Source of the DNA: an uncultured Candidatus Micrarchaeota archaeon
Lineage (GTDB): Archaea; Micrarchaeota; Micrarchaeia; Anstonellales; J096
Direction: 5' to 3'
DNA: 64,000 bases
Assembly (NCBI GenBank): GCA_938083015.1
Contig: CALKCX010000008.1
Location: forward strand, 11,196-75,195
Part shown: one piece after another, positions 17,754 through 27,293 of the stretch
Layout: every line of letters begins with the position of its first letter
How positions within the stretch are numbered: position 1 is the first letter of the stretch
The notes under the pieces: model-generated
What the model was told of the DNA's origin: nothing
What the model saw: the letters and a program-made list of their open reading frames with translations, nothing else
The model's database searches: none
Position numbers and translations under genes: made by a program

Positions 17754-19207
17754 CTCACTTCACCGTTATCCGCATCATTATAACCGTATTCTGACATTAC
17801 AGCTTTCCACCAATTACCATTTACTTTCTTTAATTGTTCCTCAGCAGGCAAAGCTATATGTTCAGCTTCAACTACATGTCTTGCCAATACTAATTCTTCT
17901 TCATCTAATACAGCAAGGTCACCAGCAGCTCTTACTACTCCGCCGAGATATCTAAATCTTAATGTTAGACCATTGACCTTATCGTATCTCTTTGCTATTT
18001 TCTTAGACACATTTATAAGTTCATACAAGGCAGATATATGAAAATGGGGAATTTTAGCATCATTCTCTATTTCTTGTGCTACAAATTGATACGTTTTATA
18101 TATATTTTCTTCTGTTATAGGCATCCACGTATTTAATACTACTTCATATCCATATCCATTAATTCTACTTCTTAAAGCAGGATGTAAATTAGGCAAGTCT
18201 AATATGTTAATAGCACCTATAAGTATAAAATCACAAGGTACATTTTCTACTTTTACAACTGCCCCTGTTCCAGTAGTATTCTTAGCTACTATAGAATATT
18301 TTTTATCTTGCATTGCTGTTAACAACGCTCTTTGTATATTAGGTTCTAATGTAGATAATTCATCTATAAATAATACGCCTTCATGTGCCTCATGTACAGC
18401 ACCAGCTACTACTCTACTAAAATGAGGAGTCCCTAATTCTGGATGTGTTCCATATGGATCGTGTTCAACATCACCAAACAATTCAGATTCTGTCTTTGCT
18501 ATTACTTGGACAAACATCGATCTATCAAAAGGTACCAATACCTTTCTATCATTATTAGAATCTATTTTTCTTAGTATGTCTTCTGGTATAATATCTTTGA
18601 ATTCATATTTATAAACTTTCTCTCCATCTATAAAATATAACGTATTAATTGCCTCTCCTTCATTGTTGATATTTGGTCTAATTACGTAATTTTTCTTTTT
18701 AGGTGATTCGTAGAATGGATAAGAACTTCCTCTTTTCTTGCTACTACATTTCGGACACATATCTAAATTAGGTGCACTGTAATGTCCACAGTTTTTACAT
18801 CTTACATTTAGTTTCTCAGCTACATCTATAGGTAAAGCTATATAAGGTGGGGGTATTTCAGTAGGTTTTGTTATCGTATTATTATTTTCATTTTTTCTCT
18901 CTATTTTTAATATAGGTCTCTCTGGTCTAGAGGGGTTGTGTAGTATGACAATTTGCTCTTTTGGAGAAGGAAGAGTTGAAGATATGGCCTTTGCTATCAT
19001 GCTTTTTCCTACTCCTGGAGGCCCTACCAATAATAGATGTCTTCTCTGTTTAGCAGCTACCTTTGCCATTCTTATAGCATGATCTTGTCCAATTATTCTT
19101 TCAAATTCATCTTTCGGTACTGGTATATCTTTAGTCGAAAATATACTGTCAATGGTTTTTCTAAACATAAATGTATAATTGTTTATACTTTTTTTAAATC
19201 TTATCAT
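17750..19207 (-). CDS. LonB-like AAA+ ATPase lacking the protease domain
   Basis: IIGQDHAIRMAKVAAKQRRHLLLVGPPGVGKSM, GVLFIDELSTL, ALLTAMQDKKYSI, HPALRSRINGYGYEV and LRFRYLGGVVRAAGDLA all parallel archaeal LonB. The protein ends about 30 aa after the ATPase lid. Confidence 0.8.
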   Translation of the reverse strand: MIRFKKSINNYTFMFRKTIDSIFSTKDIPVPKDEFERIIGQDHAIRMAKVAAKQRRHLLLVGPPGVGKSMIAKAISSTLPSPKEQIVILHNPSRPERPILKIERKNENNNTITKPTEIPPPYIALPIDVAEKLNVRCKNCGHYSAPNLDMCPKCSSKKRGSSYPFYESPKKKNYVIRPNINNEGEAINTLYFIDGEKVYKYEFKDIIPEDILRKIDSNNDRKVLVPFDRSMFVQVIAKTESELFGDVEHDPYGTHPELGTPHFSRVVAGAVHEAHEGVLFIDELSTLEPNIQRALLTAMQDKKYSIVAKNTTGTGAVVKVENVPCDFILIGAINILDLPNLHPALRSRINGYGYEVVLNTWMPITEENIYKTYQFVAQEIENDAKIPHFHISALYELINVSKKIAKRYDKVNGLTLRFRYLGGVVRAAGDLAVLDEEELVLARHVVEAEHIALPAEEQLKKVNGNWWKAVMSEYGYNDADNGEVR

Positions 19208-19216
19208 TGTTATAAC

Positions 19217-20131
19217 ATGAAGAACTATTTAATTCCTTCGTCATCTAATCTTAAATATCTACTAAATTTGGATATAGAACATATATTTTATTTTAATCAC
19301 ACCATATATACGTACGAATTGAATAAAAAATTGGTAGAAGATACTTATAAGGGCGATGTAAAGAATATTGAAAAACTGTTTGAAGATATAAAAGGTATAG
19401 ACATAAAAATTCCTTTAAAAGATTTAGATGCTAGATTTTATTTAAAATTGAATAATTATGCAAAAAGCATAGAGGATTGTACTGATGAATTATTAAAAAT
19501 TAGAATGTATAAAAAAGACGAGGAATTTAATAAAATAAAAAAAGCGGCCATTAAAACTTTAAGATTACTCGATAAGATATCTTCAAAAATAGATAAAGAT
19601 ATGACTGAACAACAGATAGAGCGAATGATAATATCGTATGGGCATAGATTAGCTTTTGATCCTATTGTAGCTTCTTATAGAAATGCCAAGTATCCACATT
19701 ATAAGGCGAATAAAATAAAAATTAAAAGTGCGGTTTTAATAGATTTCGGTTTAGAATACAAATGGTATAAAGCAGATATTACAGATATGATCATATTTAA
19801 TAATGATAAATTAGAACAACTTTATAATAAACTTAGATCTATATTCAATTATATTGTTGATAGAATAAGACCTGGTATGGATGCAGCAGAATTAGATAAA
19901 ATATATAGAAAAGCTTACAAATACTATAATATGCCATTACCTCCCCATTCTATAGGGCATGGCATAGGTCTGGATATACACGAATACCCTATTATAGCTA
20001 ATAAATCAAAGCATATATTGAAGAATGTGGCAATTACTATTGAACCTGGGTATTACGATGATAAACTAGGTCTAAGATATGAGAGAGACGTATTAATATA
20101 TGAAGACGGTATAGAAATATTAGATATCTAA
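19217..20131 (+). CDS. M24-family Xaa-Pro aminopeptidase/dipeptidase
   Basis: HSIGHGIGLDIHEYP and TIEPGYY. The start is moved to ATG 19217 because the track start at 19037 overlaps the lon-like gene. Confidence 0.8.
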   Translation: MKNYLIPSSSNLKYLLNLDIEHIFYFNHTIYTYELNKKLVEDTYKGDVKNIEKLFEDIKGIDIKIPLKDLDARFYLKLNNYAKSIEDCTDELLKIRMYKKDEEFNKIKKAAIKTLRLLDKISSKIDKDMTEQQIERMIISYGHRLAFDPIVASYRNAKYPHYKANKIKIKSAVLIDFGLEYKWYKADITDMIIFNNDKLEQLYNKLRSIFNYIVDRIRPGMDAAELDKIYRKAYKYYNMPLPPHSIGHGIGLDIHEYPIIANKSKHILKNVAITIEPGYYDDKLGLRYERDVLIYEDGIEILDI

Positions 20132-20500
20132 TACTATTTCAAGAGTATTATTAGAATATCTTAAATTATGAAATGTAGCTGCTTTTATACGATTATACCA
20201 TCTGTCTTTAACATAAAATATCATTATCTTGGCCTTAAATTCTTCACAGTATTCTATTTTGTAACAAACAGGTTTTACTTCTCTTATTTCTAGCTCAGCA
20301 ATTAAAGTATTTATAAGATTGACGAAAAACATTTCCGGGATTTGCTCTTCTAAATCAATATAAAAAAACTCTCCAGAATTTGAACATTCTTTAGTTTTAG
20401 TTATATAACCGACTAAATCTCTAATTATTTCACATATATCGCCTTTTAATATTAATTTTACATCAGCTGTATGATCTTCAATTTTTAACATTCTTATCAT
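20120..20500 (-). CDS. Archease
   Basis: EDHTADVKL near the N-terminus and KAATFHNL near the C-terminus. Confidence 0.75.
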   Translation of the reverse strand: MIRMLKIEDHTADVKLILKGDICEIIRDLVGYITKTKECSNSGEFFYIDLEEQIPEMFFVNLINTLIAELEIREVKPVCYKIEYCEEFKAKIMIFYVKDRWYNRIKAATFHNLRYSNNTLEIVLDI

Positions 20501-20903
20501 TAAAATATTGATAATAACCAGGGCCCAATACTATAAATTCTCTTCTACCTAATTTTTCTATCTTTATAAAATTCCTGTTTAATAGATCTAACAATTCTTG
20601 ATTACTTAATCTTTTTCTTATCTCGCTTTTTGCCATCTTTCCATTCATCCTTAACAATCCCAAGACCTTAATTTGCCTATCTGATAGATCTTTATCGTCA
20701 TAATAAGTTGCTATTTTATCAATATACTCTGGTTTTATTTCCATTATTAATCTGTTGTTTTTTATTACTATATTTAAAACGGTTTTCTCATATTTTGTAT
20801 TTAACCTTTGAACTAACTCATTAATATCTTGATCTTTTATTTTATCTAATGGTAGACCATTAGGTTTTAAAAATAGAATTCCTTCTATGATTTCGTCATC
20901 CAT
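20478..20903 (-). CDS. scpB: Segregation and condensation protein B-like (ScpB)
   Basis: IIEGILFLKPNGLPLDKI start plus winged-helix-like repeats. It lies directly downstream of the ScpA-like gene. Confidence 0.55.
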   Translation of the reverse strand: MDDEIIEGILFLKPNGLPLDKIKDQDINELVQRLNTKYEKTVLNIVIKNNRLIMEIKPEYIDKIATYYDDKDLSDRQIKVLGLLRMNGKMAKSEIRKRLSNQELLDLLNRNFIKIEKLGRREFIVLGPGYYQYFNDKNVKN

Positions 20904-20905
20904 GA

Positions 20906-21505
20906 TTAACTCACCCTTATTATTTTAATATCATCAAAAGGCCTTTCTTGATAGAATTCTAATTTTCCTTCATTAGTTAAAAGCAACATTGATAAAAAAT
21001 TTTCCAATTTATCTCCAGGTATATTGGAAAACATTATTTCCTTTTCTATAAATTTTATAAATCTTTCAATTTTAATACTAAAGTCTTCTTCATCCATTAC
21101 TATAATTTCATTTAGGTCTTGTTCTATTGGCGTTGCACTTTGTAACATTCTAAGCTTTCTTATACGTTTATGTCTAGATATGTATTTACGAATTACTTTT
21201 ATCAAGTATTTCAAAGATATAGGTGCTTTTCGTGCAGGTCTAACTAATTCTATTTTAGTTTCATTATCATATTCTAAAGTTTGAGTTTCAGGAATATTTA
21301 TCATTAAGGCCCTGTATTTTAATATAATCGCATAAGCTAAAAGAAGATCTCCGCTTATTCTAAAATCCATACTTTTAATCTTCTCTCTTATCTTATTTGC
21401 TAATAATTCTAAATCTAAATCCCAAGGATCTAGTTTGTTTTTAATAACAAGATCGATTAGTATATGTTTCCAATCCGATCTTTCTACTATTTTTTCAATA
21501 TCCAT
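20906..21505 (-). CDS. scpA: Segregation and condensation protein A-like kleisin (ScpA)
   Basis: LIDLVIKNKLDPWDLDLELLANKIRE matches the ScpA N-terminal signature. Confidence 0.65.
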   Translation of the reverse strand: MDIEKIVERSDWKHILIDLVIKNKLDPWDLDLELLANKIREKIKSMDFRISGDLLLAYAIILKYRALMINIPETQTLEYDNETKIELVRPARKAPISLKYLIKVIRKYISRHKRIRKLRMLQSATPIEQDLNEIIVMDEEDFSIKIERFIKFIEKEIMFSNIPGDKLENFLSMLLLTNEGKLEFYQERPFDDIKIIRVS

Positions 21506-21538
21506 ATTTTATATTTGAACTTTATGTTTTTTAATATC

Positions 21539-21592
21539 TATCAGTCGCTGTCGGTCTCATCACAATTCAGAGGTTGTTTATTTCATCAACAA
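21539..21592 (-). ncRNA. C/D-box sRNA
   Basis: The minus strand reads TTGATGA-AATAAACAACCT-CTGA-ATTG-TGATGA-GACCGACAGCGA-CTGA, that is C, 12 nt, D', 4 nt, C', 12 nt, D. Confidence 0.8.
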
Positions 21593-21620
21593 TTAAATAA
21601 TAAACATATGTTTAAATAAC

Positions 21621-22478
21621 ATGCTTAAATTGATAAATAGACTTGTCAACATACCTACTGTTAGTACTAGAGAAGAGGTCTTTTTAGATATGTTTTTAGA
21701 TATAATCGAAGATTATGAGTTATATGGCAAAAATATATTGATTAGAGGCAAAGGTAATTGGTTTTTAGTTGCCCATTATGATAATATTGGATTTGTGTTA
21801 GAAGATTACCTGGCAAACGGCAAATATATGTATTCTACTAGAGGATTAGTAAACATTAAAGAAGGTTTGGTAAGATCTATATACAATGGTGAAGAAATTA
21901 TAGGAATATTAAAAGATAATGAAATAGAAATATTGGATTTTCAAGAAGAACTAAATGAATTGTATCCATTTGTATATTACGGTCATGTTAAAGATATAGG
22001 CGATAGATGGGTTGGTCCTAATCTTGATAATAAGCTTGGAGTAGCTGTTATTCTTGATATAAGAAAATATTACGATATAAATATTCTATTATTGGCCGGT
22101 GAAGAACAAGGAGTTACAAGACTAGGAAGAATAGCAAAAGAGTTTAAAAATAGTAATTTCATATGTATAGACGGTACTTCACAATATAATCCACACGATA
22201 TAAGAGGTATTGATAAAATAATGTATAGATCTATAGAAGGATCTGGTAGTAGGGCACCTAAGGAACTTGTAGATGTAATATCAAAATATATTCAAGATGA
22301 AGCTCAAACTTATTCTGAATATCAAATAAGTGATGCGACCACATTTTATAGATACGGAATGAAGGCCATAAATATATCTTATCCAATTAAATATTTACAC
22401 AGTCCAAACGAGATTGTTTATAAAAACAACGTATTTAAATTAAGAGAGCTTTTAATAAAAATTATAGAAGATCTTTAA
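21621..22478 (+). CDS. M42-family (TET/Frv-like) aminopeptidase, short form
   Basis: AHYDNIGFVL, PNLDNKLGVAV, LAGEEQGV, ICIDGT and YPIKYLHSPNEIV parallel M42 motifs. Confidence 0.6.
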   Translation: MLKLINRLVNIPTVSTREEVFLDMFLDIIEDYELYGKNILIRGKGNWFLVAHYDNIGFVLEDYLANGKYMYSTRGLVNIKEGLVRSIYNGEEIIGILKDNEIEILDFQEELNELYPFVYYGHVKDIGDRWVGPNLDNKLGVAVILDIRKYYDINILLLAGEEQGVTRLGRIAKEFKNSNFICIDGTSQYNPHDIRGIDKIMYRSIEGSGSRAPKELVDVISKYIQDEAQTYSEYQISDATTFYRYGMKAINISYPIKYLHSPNEIVYKNNVFKLRELLIKIIEDL

Positions 22479-23979
22479 ACATATACCTATGAATTAGACG
22501 ATAACCAAGTTTTCTATAGTATTCTCTTACTCCGACTGCCGATATTACAGATATGTTAAGATTATTATCTTGAGCTATCTCTTCTGCTTTTTTCATCAAC
22601 ATCTTACCTATGCCCCTATGTTGTATTTTACCTACTTCTCCTATTCTAGTTTCTTTTCCATATACATGCAATTCTCTAACAATGGCCGTATTTTCTATTT
22701 CAGATACACTCCATTCATTCGGTATTCTTAACCTAAGAAAACCGTATATTAGCGATCTATCTTTAGATTCCATAGATAAAAAATATTCAATACCATCATT
22801 AGCTTGATATTTAATTTCAAATATTTGAGAGTTTTCAAAATCGAATTCAATATCTGCTTTTCGACCAACTTCATTCGTTCTAATTTCATCTATATGTATT
22901 CCATTCATATTGGCAAATTCAATAGCTAATTCTCGAATATTGGCCTTCTTTACTCCGGCCTCTATTTTATGAGACGGTATATCTCTATTAATTCTCTGAA
23001 TTCTAACATATCTAGGTATATATTTGAATATTTGAGCTATTACCTGTGCAGCAGTTTCATCATCATATGGCACATATTCCTTCTTAACATATTGCTCGTA
23101 TAATCTTGAACCTTTTATCACCAACGTAGGGTATATCTTTAGCATATCTGGTCTAAATCTCTGATCTTCAAATAATGTTTTAAACATCTCAATATCTCTT
23201 TTAGGATCGCTACCTGGTAGACCTAACATCATATGATATAATATCTTATAACCTGCATTTCTTAATTGAGTTGTGGCCTTTATAACATCGCTTACACTAT
23301 GTCCCCGATTTACATTATATAATACATCATCATAAAGAGATTGGACACCTAATTCTATTTTAGTAGCTCCGTAATATAACAATTCATCGATATTATAAAC
23401 ATCTGGTCTAGTTTCAATAGTTAAACCTACTACTCTTCTTTCTGCTTTCTCGTTTATCAATTTTGCCTGATCCAGATTATTAGATATTACATCGTTTATA
23501 GCATCGTATATAGATTTAATAAAATAGTATTTGTAATCATTATCCATATCTAAAAATGTGCCCCCCATAACTATGACATCTAATTTCTGAGCATGATGAT
23601 TCTGGATTTGATAATGATGTAACCGGGCCTTAACTTGAAGATAAGGATCGTAGTTTACTGCTCTAGCTCTAAGAGAAGTAGGCTCGTATCCAGTATAGCT
23701 TTTTGGTGCTATATTAGATATAGGACAATAACTACATTTCCATTTACACGATCCCTGTGGTCTGACCATTACTGCTACAGGTGCAACTCCAGATAATGTT
23801 CGAGAAGGCTTTCTAATAAAAGATTCGCCCAATTTCTCTTTTAATAAATCGTATAATTCTGAATTTTTAGGTACTCTCTCTATCTTAGATTCGGCCGCAG
23901 CTAATCTCTTAGCTTTATTTATATCCTTCAATTCTTCGAAGTATTTAAGAAAAATCTTGAAAAATTCTTGGGTTACCAT
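22462..23979 (-). CDS. elp3: Elp3-type radical SAM / GNAT tRNA-modifying enzyme
   Basis: Radical SAM CKWKCSYCP and C-terminal GNAT HRGIGKMLMKKAEEIA, with length typical of archaeal Elp3. Confidence 0.85.
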   Translation of the reverse strand: MVTQEFFKIFLKYFEELKDINKAKRLAAAESKIERVPKNSELYDLLKEKLGESFIRKPSRTLSGVAPVAVMVRPQGSCKWKCSYCPISNIAPKSYTGYEPTSLRARAVNYDPYLQVKARLHHYQIQNHHAQKLDVIVMGGTFLDMDNDYKYYFIKSIYDAINDVISNNLDQAKLINEKAERRVVGLTIETRPDVYNIDELLYYGATKIELGVQSLYDDVLYNVNRGHSVSDVIKATTQLRNAGYKILYHMMLGLPGSDPKRDIEMFKTLFEDQRFRPDMLKIYPTLVIKGSRLYEQYVKKEYVPYDDETAAQVIAQIFKYIPRYVRIQRINRDIPSHKIEAGVKKANIRELAIEFANMNGIHIDEIRTNEVGRKADIEFDFENSQIFEIKYQANDGIEYFLSMESKDRSLIYGFLRLRIPNEWSVSEIENTAIVRELHVYGKETRIGEVGKIQHRGIGKMLMKKAEEIAQDNNLNISVISAVGVREYYRKLGYRLIHRYMFKDLL

Positions 23980-24530
23980 TTATTATACAATATCGTAAGG
24001 CCAAGTATTATCAATGTTACTATAATTTTAAATACGAAATTGCTTGCCCAAAATCCTCCTACTCCCCAGAAATGAATTAATATAAGGCCGATCATTAGGT
24101 ATGGTAAATATGAAAATATTGGGTCAAGAATCTTAAGTATTCGAAGTTGAGTTAAAAGTATTACTATGAAGATTATCGATGCTAGTATACCAGCAATTAT
24201 TCCTAGAATACTATTGTATTTTAACATAAGACTTATATTGAATCCATATAATAACAATTGAGAAGTTATAAAGTGCAACAATAAGAAAATAAGAGTAAAG
24301 GCGTTTAATAATAATCTGTTATTATGTAATAATGCACTTAATTGACTTGGGTATTTTGAGTATATTTTCGATACTAATGCTGTAAATATTATGTTAAGCA
24401 TTGCCAATATTCCAAATGAAGCTACTAAATACTTATCGGCCTGTATAGGTGATTCGATAAGTAATGTAATCGATATTACAAATAGTATGATAATTGAATA
24501 AGCTATTACTAATCTAATATCAATGTTCAT
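23973..24530 (-). CDS. Polytopic membrane protein, unknown function
   Basis: 185 aa, almost entirely hydrophobic helices, coupled to elp3. Confidence 0.55.
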   Translation of the reverse strand: MNIDIRLVIAYSIIILFVISITLLIESPIQADKYLVASFGILAMLNIIFTALVSKIYSKYPSQLSALLHNNRLLLNAFTLIFLLLHFITSQLLLYGFNISLMLKYNSILGIIAGILASIIFIVILLTQLRILKILDPIFSYLPYLMIGLILIHFWGVGGFWASNFVFKIIVTLIILGLTILYNKW

Positions 24531-24551
24531 GTTCTTATTATAATGTTGAAT

Positions 24552-25472
24552 TTAAAAAACAACATTTTGTCCTTTTATTAATTTTATCATTTTTCTATAA
24601 CCATCTGGGTTAACAATAGGTTTTTTGTATTGTTCTATATCATCTACTATTCTTGGACAAGCAGTATTTATCAAAGCTTCTATAAATAAAAAATTAGATA
24701 TACTATTAGGGTCTAGATTGTTACTTACAAGTATATAAGCTTGTTTTCCCAATGTTATCAATTCTTGTTTCATTTTAATAGCTAATCTATAACTGTATTG
24801 TCCTGGTTTAGTAGATACTAATATACCGAAGGATTTTGCTTGTGCGGCCTTTATTATAGATGCTATTCTTCTTTTATGCAATTTCTCTATCTGATCATTG
24901 ACAAGAACGTATTTTTTTGTAAATGGGTCTAGACCATATACTGGTATTTTCTTAGCTATATTATAGGGAATTGCAGTCCAATGAAATGTCCCGTCTGCTA
25001 TAACTAAAACAGCTTTAACATCATCACCTACTGCTGTACCATCACAGCCTAATACTTGACCATACTCTGTACATAATGGTCCTTTCTTTACTCTATTTTC
25101 TATTCCTGCATTTTTAAAATACTGTTCGATTTTATAATATAGATGATGATACTGGGCAGTAGTTAGTATTGAAATTCTATCTAATTGATTTTTCTTTAAT
25201 TCATCTATTAAATCTGGCCAATCTATTTCAATATCTATGTTATATGGAATATATTCTACGATAATTCCGTTTATGCTTCTTTTTAATGGAAAATACGTAT
25301 GTCCTATGTGAACTATTTTATCTGCGCCTATTGCCTTTGCTTCATCTATTGCAATATCGCATCCACCATACATGGGCGAGGCCGATATGACCACATCTTC
25401 AAGATTATACTTCTCTATAATGTCTATTGCTTTGTGTTTCAATCCTTCTGGTAATTGCAATAATATTGTCAT
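24552..25472 (-). CDS. dph2: Diphthamide synthesis protein Dph2
   Basis: LQLPEGLK start, GGCD, and overall Dph1/2 family resemblance. Confidence 0.75.
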   Translation of the reverse strand: MTILLQLPEGLKHKAIDIIEKYNLEDVVISASPMYGGCDIAIDEAKAIGADKIVHIGHTYFPLKRSINGIIVEYIPYNIDIEIDWPDLIDELKKNQLDRISILTTAQYHHLYYKIEQYFKNAGIENRVKKGPLCTEYGQVLGCDGTAVGDDVKAVLVIADGTFHWTAIPYNIAKKIPVYGLDPFTKKYVLVNDQIEKLHKRRIASIIKAAQAKSFGILVSTKPGQYSYRLAIKMKQELITLGKQAYILVSNNLDPNSISNFLFIEALINTACPRIVDDIEQYKKPIVNPDGYRKMIKLIKGQNVVF

Positions 25473-25522
25473 AAATGTAATGTGTGAAAACCAATTTAAA
25501 ATTTATTTACATATATAAGATC

Positions 25523-25699
25523 ATGAATGATGATGATTATTATCAATATGAATACGAATCTGAACTTAGAAATCTTACACTTGAACTTATGAGATTAGCT
25601 TATATGAGTGGTAAGCCGTTTAAAAAAATAGCTAAAGAGTATATTAAAAATGTGTTATTACTTAGTAAAATGATCGAAGATATGAGAGATGAGTCTTGA
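25523..25699 (+). CDS. Small hypothetical protein (58 aa)
   Basis: ORF from ATG 25523, downstream of TATA-like ATATATAA. It overlaps the next gene by 11 nt. Confidence 0.4.
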   Translation: MNDDDYYQYEYESELRNLTLELMRLAYMSGKPFKKIAKEYIKNVLLLSKMIEDMRDES

Positions 25700-27293
25700 T
25701 GTAAAACCTGCTATACAAATTACTAGAATATTAGGATTTAGAGTAGGGTATTTACAATTAATAGTCTTGATATTATTACTTACGATAGTTTATGTTTACT
25801 TAGGAATGATTAAACTAGTTGCAATGCTATTAATATATTTTGCTATACTTTATCTAGTATTAAAAGAAGTAATTGATATAAAGAAGATAGTTATAATATT
25901 CACGATAACGTATATTACAGGTATTGTATTTTACATTTCACTTCATTTTCCAATATTCATAGTATTATTAGTCTTAATACTCGTGTTACTAATATTCGTA
26001 TTAAGTTATGTCTTGGCCAATAATATAGCATTTCTAATATCGACTTTATATTTACCTACGCTTTACTTTATAATATCAGAATCTGAAGCTTGGAACCAGA
26101 TGTTTTTAAATTCATTGATAATATGGGCGATATTTACAATAACTTTTTTCTATTTTATAACATCAGCTACATTGAGATTATTCAATATTAGTATAAAAAA
26201 TCTATTTTCAAAATTCTTCATAAGTTGGTTTTACGATGATCCAGCTTTAGAAGAAGTATTAAACAAGATAGGTAAGACTAAAGAAGTAGACGTAGATGTA
26301 ATATACTTAAAAATTGGAGACGATATTATATATTTGTTAATACCGAATTTTCATTTTGGTCCATTTGGTTCTATAGGTAGTGCAGATGCACCAGCAGTAT
26401 TCAATCAAACTATGCCAAACAATTTAGTTTTTCATGGTCTAAACCACCATGATAGAGATGTTACTAGTAGAGAACAAATAGAAAAATTAGCTGTAGAGAT
26501 AGCAAAAACTCCTATTGGTGAATTTAAAAAACTTAGAATGAAATATAAGAGATACGATAAAGATAATGCTAGAGCTGATGTAATATTTACAGATGATTTA
26601 ACCTTAGTAGGACTAACTAGGTATCCTGAAGTAACTGAAGATGTATCTAGCTTAGGTGGAGAACTACTTAGAGCAGAGTTAAAAACATTGGTAAAAAATC
26701 CTATAATATTTGATCAACACAATTCAGATGCTAAAGTCATTAAATATTTTTCAACTGATACACAGGAATTTCAAGAGTATTTAGGAGTAATAAGAAAGAT
26801 AAGACCACAAGATGACTTAAATCCAAGTAAAGGTAAATATACGAAGATTGCCTATAGTACTGATATTGGATTAGGATCAAACGGTATAAATATATTGCAA
26901 CTATTAGCAGGGGGGCAGAAAATAGCTATTGTAAACATAGATGGTAATGGTATTTCATCTAATAGTTATGTAAAGATTGAACAAATAGCAAAAAAATACG
27001 GATATAATTTGATTTTATGTACAACAGATTCTCATGAAAATAATGATGTAGTCGGAATTGTTAATGACGTAGATCTTAGCGATTTTACTATAAATTCTAT
27101 AGAAAATGTATTAAAAGTAGATCCTTCAAATGACGTGTATTATAATTATAAAAAGTTTAAATTCGAATTAAACATGTTAGGTGAAGAGACGTCTGCTAGA
27201 CTTTTAACTTATCTTAGAATGAGTGTAAATTTTCTAGTTTGTACCTTAGTATCGGCAATACTTATAAACGCATACTATATATTAATACTATGA
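25689..27293 (+). CDS. Membrane protein, DUF2070-like
   Basis: About 6 N-terminal TM helices, then a soluble domain with PNFHFGPFGSIGS and CTTDSHE, and a C-terminal TM. The resemblance to archaeal DUF2070 is from memory. Confidence 0.5.
   Translation: MSLDVKPAIQITRILGFRVGYLQLIVLILLLTIVYVYLGMIKLVAMLLIYFAILYLVLKEVIDIKKIVIIFTITYITGIVFYISLHFPIFIVLLVLILVLLIFVLSYVLANNIAFLISTLYLPTLYFIISESEAWNQMFLNSLIIWAIFTITFFYFITSATLRLFNISIKNLFSKFFISWFYDDPALEEVLNKIGKTKEVDVDVIYLKIGDDIIYLLIPNFHFGPFGSIGSADAPAVFNQTMPNNLVFHGLNHHDRDVTSREQIEKLAVEIAKTPIGEFKKLRMKYKRYDKDNARADVIFTDDLTLVGLTRYPEVTEDVSSLGGELLRAELKTLVKNPIIFDQHNSDAKVIKYFSTDTQEFQEYLGVIRKIRPQDDLNPSKGKYTKIAYSTDIGLGSNGINILQLLAGGQKIAIVNIDGNGISSNSYVKIEQIAKKYGYNLILCTTDSHENNDVVGIVNDVDLSDFTINSIENVLKVDPSNDVYYNYKKFKFELNMLGEETSARLLTYLRMSVNFLVCTLVSAILINAYYILIL

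Noticed and set aside
19037-19216. 180-nt 5' extension of the M24 peptidase ORF.
   Set aside because: It overlaps the 5' end of the opposite-strand lon-like gene and encodes low-complexity sequence. ATG 19217 gives a normal M24 N-terminus.
21601-21614. Perfect 14-bp palindrome TAAACATATGTTTA, 7 nt upstream of the M42 peptidase ATG.
   Set aside because: Short AT-rich palindromes are expected by chance in DNA of this composition. I saw no second copy of the full 14-bp sequence that would suggest an operator family.
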